A stretch of DNA of 40,149 nucleotides from positions 1-40,149 of the forward strand of contig CAYXGD010000002.1 of assembly GCA_964464425.1 (NCBI GenBank), written 5' to 3'. The position numbers and the translations under genes were made by a program. This DNA is from an uncultured Thermoplasmatales archaeon (GTDB lineage: Archaea; Thermoplasmatota; SW-10-69-26). How positions within the stretch are numbered: position 1 is the first letter of the stretch; the number at the start of each line of letters is the position of its first letter. The notes beneath the pieces were generated by a model. The model did not search any database and was not told the origin of the DNA. It saw only the letters and a program-made list of their open reading frames with translations. Positions 30,794-38,085 of this stretch are shown in pieces.

Positions 30794-30833
30794 TCTGGCC
30801 CACGTAGCTGTGGGCACTGACCAAACCCCCGAT

Positions 30834-31040
30834 CCCGGGTTAGTACGGCGCATGTCGACCGCATCACGAGCCGTACGTGATCCGGGAGCGGGGACTGGAT
30901 CTCTCCTACTGCCCAGTGTCCAGTTCCCGGTCCCGGGTTAGTACGGCGCATGTCGACCGCATCACGAGCCGTACGTGATCCGGGAGCGGGGACTGGACCT
31001 CTCTTACTGCCCAGTGTCCAGCGCCCCGGTCCCGGGTGTG
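30834..31040. repeat. Two about 98-bp tandem units (plus the start of a third), each containing a copy of the tRNA-Tyr 3' end
   Basis: Unit 1 is 30834-30931 and unit 2 is 30932-31030; a third starts at 31031 (CCCGGGT...). The units differ at only a few positions. Each contains ATCCGGGAGCGGGGA, identical to tRNA nt 30779-30793 (T-stem 3' strand, acceptor 3' strand and discriminator). This is preceded by the hairpin CCCGG-GTTA-GTACGGC-N20-GCCGTAC-GTGAT-CCGGG. Confidence 0.85.
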
Positions 31041-31230
31041 GGCGAACTGGAACCCCCGGTCCCCATGGCTGGGGAGGGGGGTCGGTGCCCGGCCTTCGTG
31101 CCGGCCGGCGTGGCACGCCCGCACGTCCTCGCTGGCGGCGGTCCCGCGGACCGTGGTAAGCTCTAGCTTCCCATATGGGCCGTTTCGACCCTTGGTTCCC
31201 CGTCCATTTCGATGCAGGTCGAACAGGGCC

Positions 31231-31236
31231 TTTATA
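31231..31236 (+). promoter_or_regulatory. Candidate TATA box (TTTATA) for the DUF4382 lipoprotein gene
   Basis: A perfect TTTATA in a GC-rich spacer. It is centred about 25 nt upstream of the TTG at 31258 and about 33 nt upstream of the ATG at 31267. Confidence 0.45.
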
Positions 31237-31266
31237 CGGTAGGCGGGTAGATGGCCGTTGAAGACC

Positions 31267-33147
31267 ATGCGCCTGAGCAAGCAGAAGCTCCGGAACCCGA
31301 TGATCATCCTCGCCGCGGTGGCCCTCCTGGGCCCCGCGTTCGCGGGATGCGTCACCGGGGATGGGGGAGACGGCAGCGCGTCGTTCTACGTGAAGGACGC
31401 GCCCAGGGATGATTTCGATCATGTGAACGTCACGTTCTCGGAGGTCCGCGTCCACTACGCAGGGGACGGCGGCAACGAGAGCGACGAGGGTGAGTGGATC
31501 ACCGTCGTGAACGAGAGCCGGACGGTCGACCTCCTGAACTTCCAGGACGAGGGGTCCCGTGCCTTCCTCGGTGAGACCAACCTCACCGCGGGCACCTACA
31601 CCCAGATCCGCGTCATCGTCGACGACGCCTACGGCATCTCGGCCGACGACGGCAGCCGTGTGGACATCACCGTGTCCAGCGGTACCGTGAAGGTCGTCAA
31701 GTCGTTCGACATCGCCGAGGGCGAGGAGACACGTGTCATCCTCGACGTCGACCTGGACCGGAGCCTGCGTGAGCAGGGTAACGGCCAGTGGCGGATGACC
31801 CCGGTCATCGGCAAGACGATCGTCGAGGAAGGCGCCTCCGGCCCCAACGGCGACCAGCCGGACGAGGCCAGCGCCTCCGACGGTCAGTCTGGCGGTGACG
31901 GCAACGGCACCGCGGGCACCAGCCAGGATGGCATGGCGCCCATGACCGCCTACGTCAAGGACGCGCCGTCCGACGAGTTCGACGAGATTTGGGTCGAGTT
32001 CGACACCGTCCAGGTCCACTTCGCCGGCAACGGCTCCGACGACGAGGACGAGACCGAGGACGACGACAACGAGACCGTCGACCTCGAGGAGGAGGGCAAC
32101 GAGACCGCCTCCAACGAGACCGGCGGCAACGAGTCCGCCGGCAACGAGACGGGCGGCAACGAGACCGGTGGCGAGCCCCTAGAGGAGCAGTCCACCGACG
32201 AGAACGAGACCGACGAGGACGACGGCCGCTGGATCACCGTGTTCAACGGGACCAAGCAGGTCGACCTGCTCCGGTTCAACGAGACCGGTGCCAAGGCGTT
32301 CCTCGGTGAGGCCGACGTGCCCACCGGCCGCTACACCCAGATCCGAATCAACGTGACCGATGCCTGGGGTATGAAGGACGGGAACCGCACCAACATCACC
32401 GTCTCGAGCGGTACCGCCAAGGTCGTCCGTTCCTGGGAGGTCTCCGACAACGGCACCATCGCCCAGGTCACCGTCGACCTGGACCTAGAGAAGAGCGTGC
32501 GCGAGCAGGGGAACGGCGAGTGGCGCATGACCCCTGTCGTGGGCAAGGTGCTCGTCGACCACGTCAAGGACGACCCCCGCGCCGACCAGCCCAACCAGGG
32601 TCAGAGCCAACAGGGCTCTGATGACGGCCAGGGCCAGGGCGGCAACCAGAGCGCCCAGGCCAAGGGCAACGCCTCGGCCTACGTGAAGGACGCGCCGACC
32701 GACGAGTTCGACGAGATCTGGCTGAACCTCAGCGAGGTCCGTGTCCACTGGGCCGGCGACGACGACAACGGGACCTGGGTGACCCTGTTCAACGGGAGCC
32801 GCGAGGTCAACCTCCTCAACTTCAGCGAGGAGGGCGCCAAGGCCTTCCTGGGCAACGGTTCGATCCCGGTCGGGAACTACACCCAGATCCGGCTCAACGT
32901 GACCGATACCTGGGGTATCAAGGACGGCAACCGCACCAACATCACGTTGGCCAGCGGTTCGGCCATGATCGTCCGGCCGTTCGAGGTGACGGAGAACGGC
33001 ACCACCGAGATCGTCATCGACGTCGACCTCGACCAGAGCCTGCGACAGCAAGGCAACGGCGAGTGGCGCATGACGCCGGTCATCGGCAAGGTCCTCGTGG
33101 ACCACACCGATGAACCGACCAACGCGGACGTCCCCGACAGCGCCTGA
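31267..33147 (+). CDS. Lipoprotein with three tandem DUF4382 domains; heavily sequon-decorated putative surface glycoprotein
   Basis: Signal peptide plus lipobox (ILAAVALLGPAFAGC). The pattern YVKDAPxDEFDxIxVxFxxVxVH...W(I/V)T(V/L)FNG...VDLLxF...FLGExxxxxGxYTQIRxxVxDAWG...ITVSSGTAKVV...VDLDLxxSxREQGNGEWRMTPVxGK occurs three times and matches DUF4382. Linkers are D/E/N-rich, including GNETASNETGGNESAGNETGGNETGG. Confidence 0.85.
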   Translation: MRLSKQKLRNPMIILAAVALLGPAFAGCVTGDGGDGSASFYVKDAPRDDFDHVNVTFSEVRVHYAGDGGNESDEGEWITVVNESRTVDLLNFQDEGSRAFLGETNLTAGTYTQIRVIVDDAYGISADDGSRVDITVSSGTVKVVKSFDIAEGEETRVILDVDLDRSLREQGNGQWRMTPVIGKTIVEEGASGPNGDQPDEASASDGQSGGDGNGTAGTSQDGMAPMTAYVKDAPSDEFDEIWVEFDTVQVHFAGNGSDDEDETEDDDNETVDLEEEGNETASNETGGNESAGNETGGNETGGEPLEEQSTDENETDEDDGRWITVFNGTKQVDLLRFNETGAKAFLGEADVPTGRYTQIRINVTDAWGMKDGNRTNITVSSGTAKVVRSWEVSDNGTIAQVTVDLDLEKSVREQGNGEWRMTPVVGKVLVDHVKDDPRADQPNQGQSQQGSDDGQGQGGNQSAQAKGNASAYVKDAPTDEFDEIWLNLSEVRVHWAGDDDNGTWVTLFNGSREVNLLNFSEEGAKAFLGNGSIPVGNYTQIRLNVTDTWGIKDGNRTNITLASGSAMIVRPFEVTENGTTEIVIDVDLDQSLRQQGNGEWRMTPVIGKVLVDHTDEPTNADVPDSA

Positions 33148-33313
33148 GCGCTGACGGTACGTCGGCCGGAATCTGCGCGGGCCCCGTGATCCGGGGCTCG
33201 ACGCAGGTCCCGGACGGCGTCCACAACCAGGGACGAAGGGCGATCCGTCCGATCGGCCGCCGGGGATACGATAACGTCGTGGGGCCCCGGCGGCCCTCCT
33301 TCTCCATCCTTCC

Positions 33314-33796
33314 CTACGCAGCGTCTTCCTTGTCCAGCTTGTCGTGGTAGTGCTGGTGGTCGGCCTCGGCGGCCCACCAGGTCCTGGCCGGCGACAGCTC
33401 GGTGGCCAAGCGCCCGGCCGACTCGCGGGAGGCTTCAAGCTCGTCGATGGCCGACTTGGCCGTCCGGCGCTGGGCCTCGGTGTGGTGGAAGATCGCTGAC
33501 CGGTACTGGGCAGCCCGAGGGCGCCGGAAGGGATCGTGGGTCCCCCAGAAGGCCTCGAGCAGCGCCTCGTAGCTGATCCGCGCGGGATCGTAGAGCACCC
33601 GGACGGCCTCGGCGTGGCCCGTTGTCCCGCTGCAGACCTGCTCGTAGGTCGGGTCGGGGGCGTGACCTCCGGTGTAGCCGGCCTCGGTGTCGACCACCCC
33701 CTCCAGCCGGTCGAAGGTGCGCTGGACGCCCCAGAAGCAGCCGGCGGCGAAGGTGGCGGTCTCGGTCATCCTACCCGAGGGAGGCCGGCCTGGCAC
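33314..33796 (-). CDS. msrA: Peptide-methionine (S)-S-oxide reductase
   Basis: ATFAAGCFWGVQRTFDRLEGVVDTEAGYTGGHAPDPTYEQVCSGTTGHAEAVRVLYDP is the MsrA signature (GCFWG). The start is probably the second ATG, at 33769. Confidence 0.9.
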   Translation of the reverse strand: MPGRPPSGRMTETATFAAGCFWGVQRTFDRLEGVVDTEAGYTGGHAPDPTYEQVCSGTTGHAEAVRVLYDPARISYEALLEAFWGTHDPFRRPRAAQYRSAIFHHTEAQRRTAKSAIDELEASRESAGRLATELSPARTWWAAEADHQHYHDKLDKEDAA

Positions 33797-34011
33797 TTCA
33801 ACCCTCCCTGAGGCCCACCCGACCCTGGTCCTGGCGATGCGTCGTGGCGCGCCTGGTCGAACGTCCCGGCGTGCACGGGAGGCCGCCGGATCTTGGAGGC
33901 GCCGACCTGGCCCACGGACCAGAGCGCTCGTCTCACTGACCCAGCCGGATCATCATCGCCATCGCCTCGATGACCGTCCTGGCACCGGTCGCCGGCGCCG
34001 CCGCTCGCGGC

Positions 34012-34056
34012 CGGTCAAGGTCGGTCAACGTCAGCGATAAGGAAGCACCTTGACCG
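34012..34056. promoter_or_regulatory. Inverted/direct repeat cluster CGGTCAAGG-tc-GGTCAACG-N17-CCTTGACCG in the msrA/TPR intergenic region
   Basis: A perfect 9-bp inverted repeat (34012-34020 and 34048-34056) with a third half-site-like copy (34023-34030). It lies about 90-130 nt upstream of the TPR gene start. It is either a candidate regulator operator or a 9-bp stem hairpin. Confidence 0.3.
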
Positions 34057-34142
34057 CGCGGGCCCCTGGGTCCTGGCGTCAGCTCCCCCCAGGAGCAGGG
34101 TTCAAATAGGGGGGCTAGCAGGACCGTCCCTTGGGATGCACG

Positions 34143-34652
34143 ATGCCGCAGCGGATACTGATCAGTGATTCCTCGAGCGCCAGCGCCGAACACCTGCAGA
34201 CGATCCTGGCCCGCGAAGGCCTGGACCCAGAGACCGTCCGTGACCTCACCGACCTGCCCGCCGGCCTCGCCGGTATCCTCCGCCTGGCCCAATGGGCCGT
34301 GGACGATGCCGAGTTCGAGGACGCCGCCACGTGGTTCGGTGCCGCCCGGGTCCTGGATCCGGGCTCGGCCTGGCTGGCCTTCTGCCAGGGGGTTTGCCTC
34401 GAGGAGCTGGGCATGGCAGGACCTGCTCGCCGGGCCCTGGACGATGCGTTGAGGTTGGAACCCGGCCTGGTCGTCGCCGAGGTCCGGCTGGCCCTGCTCG
34501 ACGTCAAGGAAGGCGAGCACAACGAGGCCCTGGACCGGCTCACCCGCGTGGCGATCCACCGGGGCGAGCTCAAGGCCATCATCGAGGACCACGACGGCTT
34601 CGAGCCGCTGCACGACCACCCTCGGTTCCACTACCTGGTCGGTTGGGCCTAA
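34143..34652 (+). CDS. TPR-like repeat protein
   Basis: MPQRILISDSS... followed by helical-repeat units (AATWFGAARVLDPGSAWLAFCQGVCLEELGMAGPARRALDDALRLEPGLVVAEVRLALLDVKEGEHNEALDRL). The last about 65 aa have a paralogous fragment at 36174-36371. The ORF opens at a TTG at 34131. A TCAAATA box lies at 34102-34108. Confidence 0.6.
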   Translation: MPQRILISDSSSASAEHLQTILAREGLDPETVRDLTDLPAGLAGILRLAQWAVDDAEFEDAATWFGAARVLDPGSAWLAFCQGVCLEELGMAGPARRALDDALRLEPGLVVAEVRLALLDVKEGEHNEALDRLTRVAIHRGELKAIIEDHDGFEPLHDHPRFHYLVGWA

Positions 34653-34714
34653 GGGCGGTCGGGTCGGCACCCCAGGGTATATCCCGTGCCACGGGCTCGG
34701 ACCGTTGAACGACC

Positions 34715-35212
34715 ATGAAGGAACTCATCGTCCTGGCCTTCGATGGCGAGGGAACCGCTGGCAAGGCCCGGGATCGGTTGGTCGAACTCCGCAAGGAGGA
34801 GGCCCTCACCCTCGAGGACGCCTGCGTCGTGACCCGCAACCAGAAGGGTCGCACCAAGATCAAGCAGGCCACCAACCTGGTCGGCGCCGGCGCCCTTGGC
34901 GGAGCCTTCTGGGGCGGCCTCGTCGGCATCTTCTTCCTCATGCCGCTCGCCGGGATGGCGATCGGCGCGATCGTCGGCGCGATCACCGGCAAGTTCGGCG
35001 ACGTGGGCATCAACGATGAGTTCATCGAGGAGGTCGGCCAGGCCGTTCATCCGGGTGGTTCGGCCTTGTTCCTCCTCATCCGGAGCATGAACGAGGAGCG
35101 CTTCCTCGAGGCGATCAAGCCCTTCGACCCCGAGATCATCCGGACGAACCTCACCTCCGAGGAGGAAGCCAACCTCCGCCGCGCCCTGGGCGCTGAGGCT
35201 TCCGAGGCGTGA
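34715..35212 (+). CDS. DUF1269-family membrane protein
   Basis: MKELIVLAFDGEGTAGKARDRLVELRKEEALTLEDACVVTRNQKGRTKIKQ, a Gly-rich TM segment (VGAGALGGAFWGGLVGIFFLMPLAGMAIGAIVGAITG), then GINDEFIEEVGQAVHPGGSALFLL. This is the typical DUF1269 layout. Confidence 0.8.
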   Translation: MKELIVLAFDGEGTAGKARDRLVELRKEEALTLEDACVVTRNQKGRTKIKQATNLVGAGALGGAFWGGLVGIFFLMPLAGMAIGAIVGAITGKFGDVGINDEFIEEVGQAVHPGGSALFLLIRSMNEERFLEAIKPFDPEIIRTNLTSEEEANLRRALGAEASEA

Positions 35213-35227
35213 GGGGAACGCCCTCGG

Positions 35228-35863
35228 CTAGCGCCCCTTACCGCCGGGGTTGGGCTGGGCGCCCTCCCACTGGTGGACGAAGTCGGCCAGCGCAGCTTCC
35301 GCGTTGTGGAGCCGGGCGAACCGGACGACCTCCTCCCCGACGGCCCGCACCCGGCCGGCCAGGCCCTCGTCGGTGAGGGTCCCGTCGTCGTCGAACGCCT
35401 TCCAGGCTCGGGGAACGCCGGCCTGGCTGGGCACCACCCACGCGTGCAACGCCCGGCCGACGTCCCGCAGCGCGTTCATCGGAGCAAGCGCGCCCATGCC
35501 GCCGCCGGAGACGCCGACCAGGCCGATCATCTTGCCCTCGAACTCGTCGAACCCCATCAGGTCCAGCGCGTTCTTCAGCACGCCCGAGAACCCACCGTGG
35601 TACTCCGGGGTGCCCAGGATGATCCCGTCGGCCGCGCCGACGGCCTCCCGGAGCTCGAACACGTCGTCGGGGTAGTCCTCGTCGTCGCTGCCGTCGCAGA
35701 ACGGTAGCTCGAGCTCGCGCAGGTCCACCAGGTCGGTGGTCGCGCCGGCATCCCGAGCACCGTCCAGGGCCGAGCGGACGGTCATCCTCGTGTAGCTTGG
35801 CTCCCGCAGGCTGCCGGGGAGACCGACGACGTGGATCTGCTCGAGGTCGGGGGGCGGGGTCAT
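35228..35863 (-). CDS. NADPH-dependent FMN reductase family protein (copy A)
   Basis: VVGLPGSLREPSYTR...LPFCDG...ADGIILGTPEYHGGFSGVLKNALD matches the flavodoxin-like FMN_red family. By my manual alignment it differs from copy B (37389..38024) at about 44 of 211 positions (about 79% identical). Confidence 0.85.
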   Translation of the reverse strand: MTPPPDLEQIHVVGLPGSLREPSYTRMTVRSALDGARDAGATTDLVDLRELELPFCDGSDDEDYPDDVFELREAVGAADGIILGTPEYHGGFSGVLKNALDLMGFDEFEGKMIGLVGVSGGGMGALAPMNALRDVGRALHAWVVPSQAGVPRAWKAFDDDGTLTDEGLAGRVRAVGEEVVRFARLHNAEAALADFVHQWEGAQPNPGGKGR

Positions 35864-35885
35864 CGGTCCCCGATGCTAGCGATCC

Positions 35886-35893
35886 TAGAAAAG
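35886..35893 (-). promoter_or_regulatory. Candidate TATA box (CTTTTCTA, minus sense) of FMN reductase copy A
   Basis: Centred about 26-27 nt upstream of the ATG at 35863. The same octamer sits at the same distance upstream of copy B (38047-38054), although the surrounding sequence has diverged. Confidence 0.5.
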
Positions 35894-35905
35894 CCTCGCC
35901 CGGGC

Positions 35906-36133
35906 CTAGCCGAGCCGGTCGGCCAGGTCCCGGCAGGCGGTCTCCAGGGCACCCAGCCGCTCCCGGACGTGGCCGAGCACTACCGCGGCGCCCCGGGCCA
36001 TCGAGCGCCCCAGCTCCCGGCCGTGCCGCTCGAGGCTCTCCCTGCCGGATCCGTCGAACCTCACTTGGAGGCTCGGTCGCGAGGTCGAGGGTGCCGGGGT
36101 CGGCGGCTGCCATCCTGCCGGGTAGATCCGGGC
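35906..36133 (-). pseudogene. 3' fragment (about 74 codons) of a paralog of the membrane wHTH regulator gene 38086..38910
   Basis: My manual translation ending at the TAG (35906-35908) reads RIYPAGWQPPTPAPSTSRPSLQVRFDGSGRESLERHGRELGRSMARGAAVVLGHVRERLGALETACRDLADRLG. It aligns without gaps to the C-terminus of 38086..38910 (RVYPAGWEPQGPAP...VRGTAIVLGHLKDRLARLEATCRRLAEQLD). Similarity stops near 36133. There is no N-terminal part and no long ORF. Confidence 0.6.
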
Positions 36134-36173
36134 CTGGCCCCGGAGGCGACGCCGGTCGAGGACCTCGCTGGAC

Positions 36174-36371
36174 CTGGAACCCGGGCTCGTGGTCTCCCAG
36201 GTCCGCCTGGCGATCCTGGATGTCCGGGACGACGATCACAACGCGGCCCTGGATCGGTTGACCGCGGTCAGCACTGCGCGGCCGGAGATGCGGGCGATCA
36301 TCGAGGAGCACGAGGCCTTCGCGCCCCTCCACGACCACCCCAGGTTCCACTACCTGGTCGGTTGGGCGTAG
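36174..36371 (+). pseudogene. 3' fragment (about 65 codons) of a paralog of the TPR gene 34143..34652; possibly expressed as a 60-aa ORF (36189..36371)
   Basis: LEPGLVVSQVRLAILDVRDDDHNAALDRLTAVSTARPEMRAIIEEHEAFAPLHDHPRFHYLVGWA aligns to TPR residues LEPGLVVAEVRLALLDVKEGEHNEALDRLTRVAIHRGELKAIIEDHDGFEPLHDHPRFHYLVGWA. Identity is about 70%, with no gap or stop. Confidence 0.55.
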
Positions 36372-36994
36372 GGGGCGACCGAGCCGGAAGGGCCCCCGCA
36401 GGTCCCTTCCAGGCCCAGCGTCGCATCGGTCGGGAGCTCCCCGGTCCCTCGGGCCGTCACGGTCAGGTTGTAGGTCTGGTCGGTGACCGCACCGTGGGGC
36501 CAGACCCAGATGTCCCAGGTGCCTGGCTCCGCGTCGTCGACCGTCATCGTCCAGTTATCTCGAGGCGGTGGGGCTGTGTTGGCTTCCCTGGCGCCTGCGG
36601 CGTAGAACCCGTTCCAAGAGCCGTCGGCCGGCCGGGCCATGAAGGTGGCGGTCTCCTCCCCAGAGCCGGTGCGGTTGGCGTTGGGCGACAACAGGGTGAT
36701 CGTCAAGGACCAGGTTCCGTCGGGTACACGCATCTCATAGAAATCGCATCCCTCTGGGACCGATATGGACCTATAAGGTGCCCCGAACGCCTGGCCGAAC
36801 CAAGGTTCGGTGCTTCCCTGGAGCGCCCAAGTGCCGATCGGGGCCTCGGCACCACCGTCCGCCGGCCCTGGCGGTCCATCACGGTTCTCCGGCGATCCGC
36901 TTGCATCGGTCGAAGGCTCGCCGGCGTCTCCAAGACATCCAGAGAGGGGGAGCAGAGATAGAGAGAGGAGGATGCAGGTTGTCACTCGGATCAA
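36350..36994 (-). CDS. Putative secreted lipoprotein, unknown function
   Basis: Signal peptide plus lipobox (ILLSLSLLPLSGC), a P/G/D-rich linker and a beta-rich body. The start is non-ATG (TTG at 36994 overlapping the upstream stop, or GTG at 36985). The 3' end overlaps the TPR fragment by 22 nt, convergently. Confidence 0.6.
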   Translation of the reverse strand: MIRVTTCILLSLSLLPLSGCLGDAGEPSTDASGSPENRDGPPGPADGGAEAPIGTWALQGSTEPWFGQAFGAPYRSISVPEGCDFYEMRVPDGTWSLTITLLSPNANRTGSGEETATFMARPADGSWNGFYAAGAREANTAPPPRDNWTMTVDDAEPGTWDIWVWPHGAVTDQTYNLTVTARGTGELPTDATLGLEGTCGGPSGSVAPYAQPTR

Positions 36995-37263
36995 GCCACC
37001 AGCCCCCTGGTGGTCTCGAGGATCGGCCCGAGTTCGCTTGTAGGACAGCTCACAGCCTCGGTGTGCGCCTTGCTGTCGTTATGGTTGCTGTTGCTGTCGT
37101 CATCGGTCCACACATAGACACAGCCCCCAGAGTTCTTCACACAGTCGTAGGAGTTCTGTCCCGTGTCAACGCAGGTGTGACCCGCTGCGGCCGCAGACGG
37201 GAGGAACCCCCCCACGAGCAAGCCGGCCACGAGCATCGTCGCCGTGATCATCGTCAGCCTCAT
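36991..37263 (-). CDS. Small secreted Cys-rich protein
   Basis: MRLTMITATMLVAGLLVGGFLPSAAAAG is a signal peptide. The about 60-aa mature part has 5 Cys (HTCVDTGQNSYDCVKNSGGCVYVW...AVSCP). The ATG at 37263 is preceded by the strong SD-like GGAGGAGGTG at 7-nt spacing. The track ORF opens at a TTG at 37269. Confidence 0.55.
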   Translation of the reverse strand: MRLTMITATMLVAGLLVGGFLPSAAAAGHTCVDTGQNSYDCVKNSGGCVYVWTDDDSNSNHNDSKAHTEAVSCPTSELGPILETTRGLVA

Positions 37264-37388
37264 CGCCAAGCACCTCCTCCGGAGGTAGGTGGGATCAGCG
37301 TACCATCCAGGCCGCTAGGCCTTGATCCTCCAGGGATCGTCCCACCGTCAGCGACAATGTGGGGGGGGGGACCATAAGTCCTGGGCCG

Positions 37389-38024
37389 TCACCGCCCCTT
37401 CCCGCCGGGGTTGGGCTGGGCGCCCTCCCAGCGGGCCACGAACTCGGACAGCGCGTCCTCGGCACCGTGGAGGCGCGCGAACCGGACGACCTCCTCGCCG
37501 ACCTTCCGGAGCCGTTGAGCGACCCGGTCGTCGGTGGGCTGCCCATCGTTGTCGAACACGTCCCAGGCCCGCGGCACACCGACCTGGCTGGGGACAACCC
37601 ACGCGTGCAAGGCCCGGCCGACGTCGCGGAGGGCGTTCATCGCCGCCAGGCCACCCAGGCGGCCACCGCTGACAGCCACCAGCCCGATCATCTTGCCCTC
37701 GAACTCCTCGAACCCCATCAGGTCCAGCGCGTTCTTGAGCACGCCTGAGTAGCTGCCGTGGTACTCCGGCGTGCCCAGGATGATCCCGTGGGCCCTGCCC
37801 ACACGCCGGCGCAGCTCGAAGACGTCCTCCGGGTAGGCCTCGTCGTCGCGACCGTCGCAGAACGGCAGGTCGAGCTCCCGCAGGTCGACCAGCTCGGTCG
37901 TCGCGCCGGCCGCGTCGGCGCCGTCCAGGGCCGAGCGGACGGTCATCCGGGTGTAGCTCTCGTCGCTTAGGCTGCCAGGCAGGCCCACGACGTGGACCTG
38001 GTCGAGCCCGGTCGGTGGCGTCAT
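37389..38024 (-). CDS. NADPH-dependent FMN reductase family protein (copy B)
   Basis: Same family motifs as copy A (VVGLPGSLSDESYTR...GIILGTPEYHGSYSGVLKNALD). Confidence 0.85.
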   Translation of the reverse strand: MTPPTGLDQVHVVGLPGSLSDESYTRMTVRSALDGADAAGATTELVDLRELDLPFCDGRDDEAYPEDVFELRRRVGRAHGIILGTPEYHGSYSGVLKNALDLMGFEEFEGKMIGLVAVSGGRLGGLAAMNALRDVGRALHAWVVPSQVGVPRAWDVFDNDGQPTDDRVAQRLRKVGEEVVRFARLHGAEDALSEFVARWEGAQPNPGGKGR

Positions 38025-38046
38025 CGCGCTGCGATGCTACGCTTCG

Positions 38047-38054
38047 TAGAAAAG
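38047..38054 (-). promoter_or_regulatory. Candidate TATA box (CTTTTCTA, minus sense) of FMN reductase copy B
   Basis: Centred about 26-27 nt upstream of the ATG at 38024 and conserved with copy A. Confidence 0.5.
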
Positions 38055-38085
38055 GGTCCTGTGGGGCTCGCGCGCTCGGTCCGGC

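Noticed and set aside
30685-32019. 444-aa minus-strand ORF spanning the tRNA, the 98-bp repeats and the 5' half of the DUF4382 gene; also 30354..30941 + and 30906..31355 -
   Set aside because: It runs across a tRNA gene and tandem non-coding repeats, lies antisense to a well-supported lipoprotein gene, and has shadow-type composition.
30794-33147. Integrated virus, plasmid or genomic island at the tRNA-Tyr gene
   Set aside because: The duplicated tRNA 3' ends are only about 98 bp apart with nothing between them. No integrase, recombinase or viral gene is visible in the flanks. Only att-like remnants can be claimed.
35238-36350. 370-aa minus-strand ORF covering FMN reductase A and the duplication junction; also 35831..36961 +
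   Set aside because: It is out of frame with the motif-bearing reductase frame and is Arg/Pro/Gly-rich. The apparent continuity across the junction is a GC artefact.
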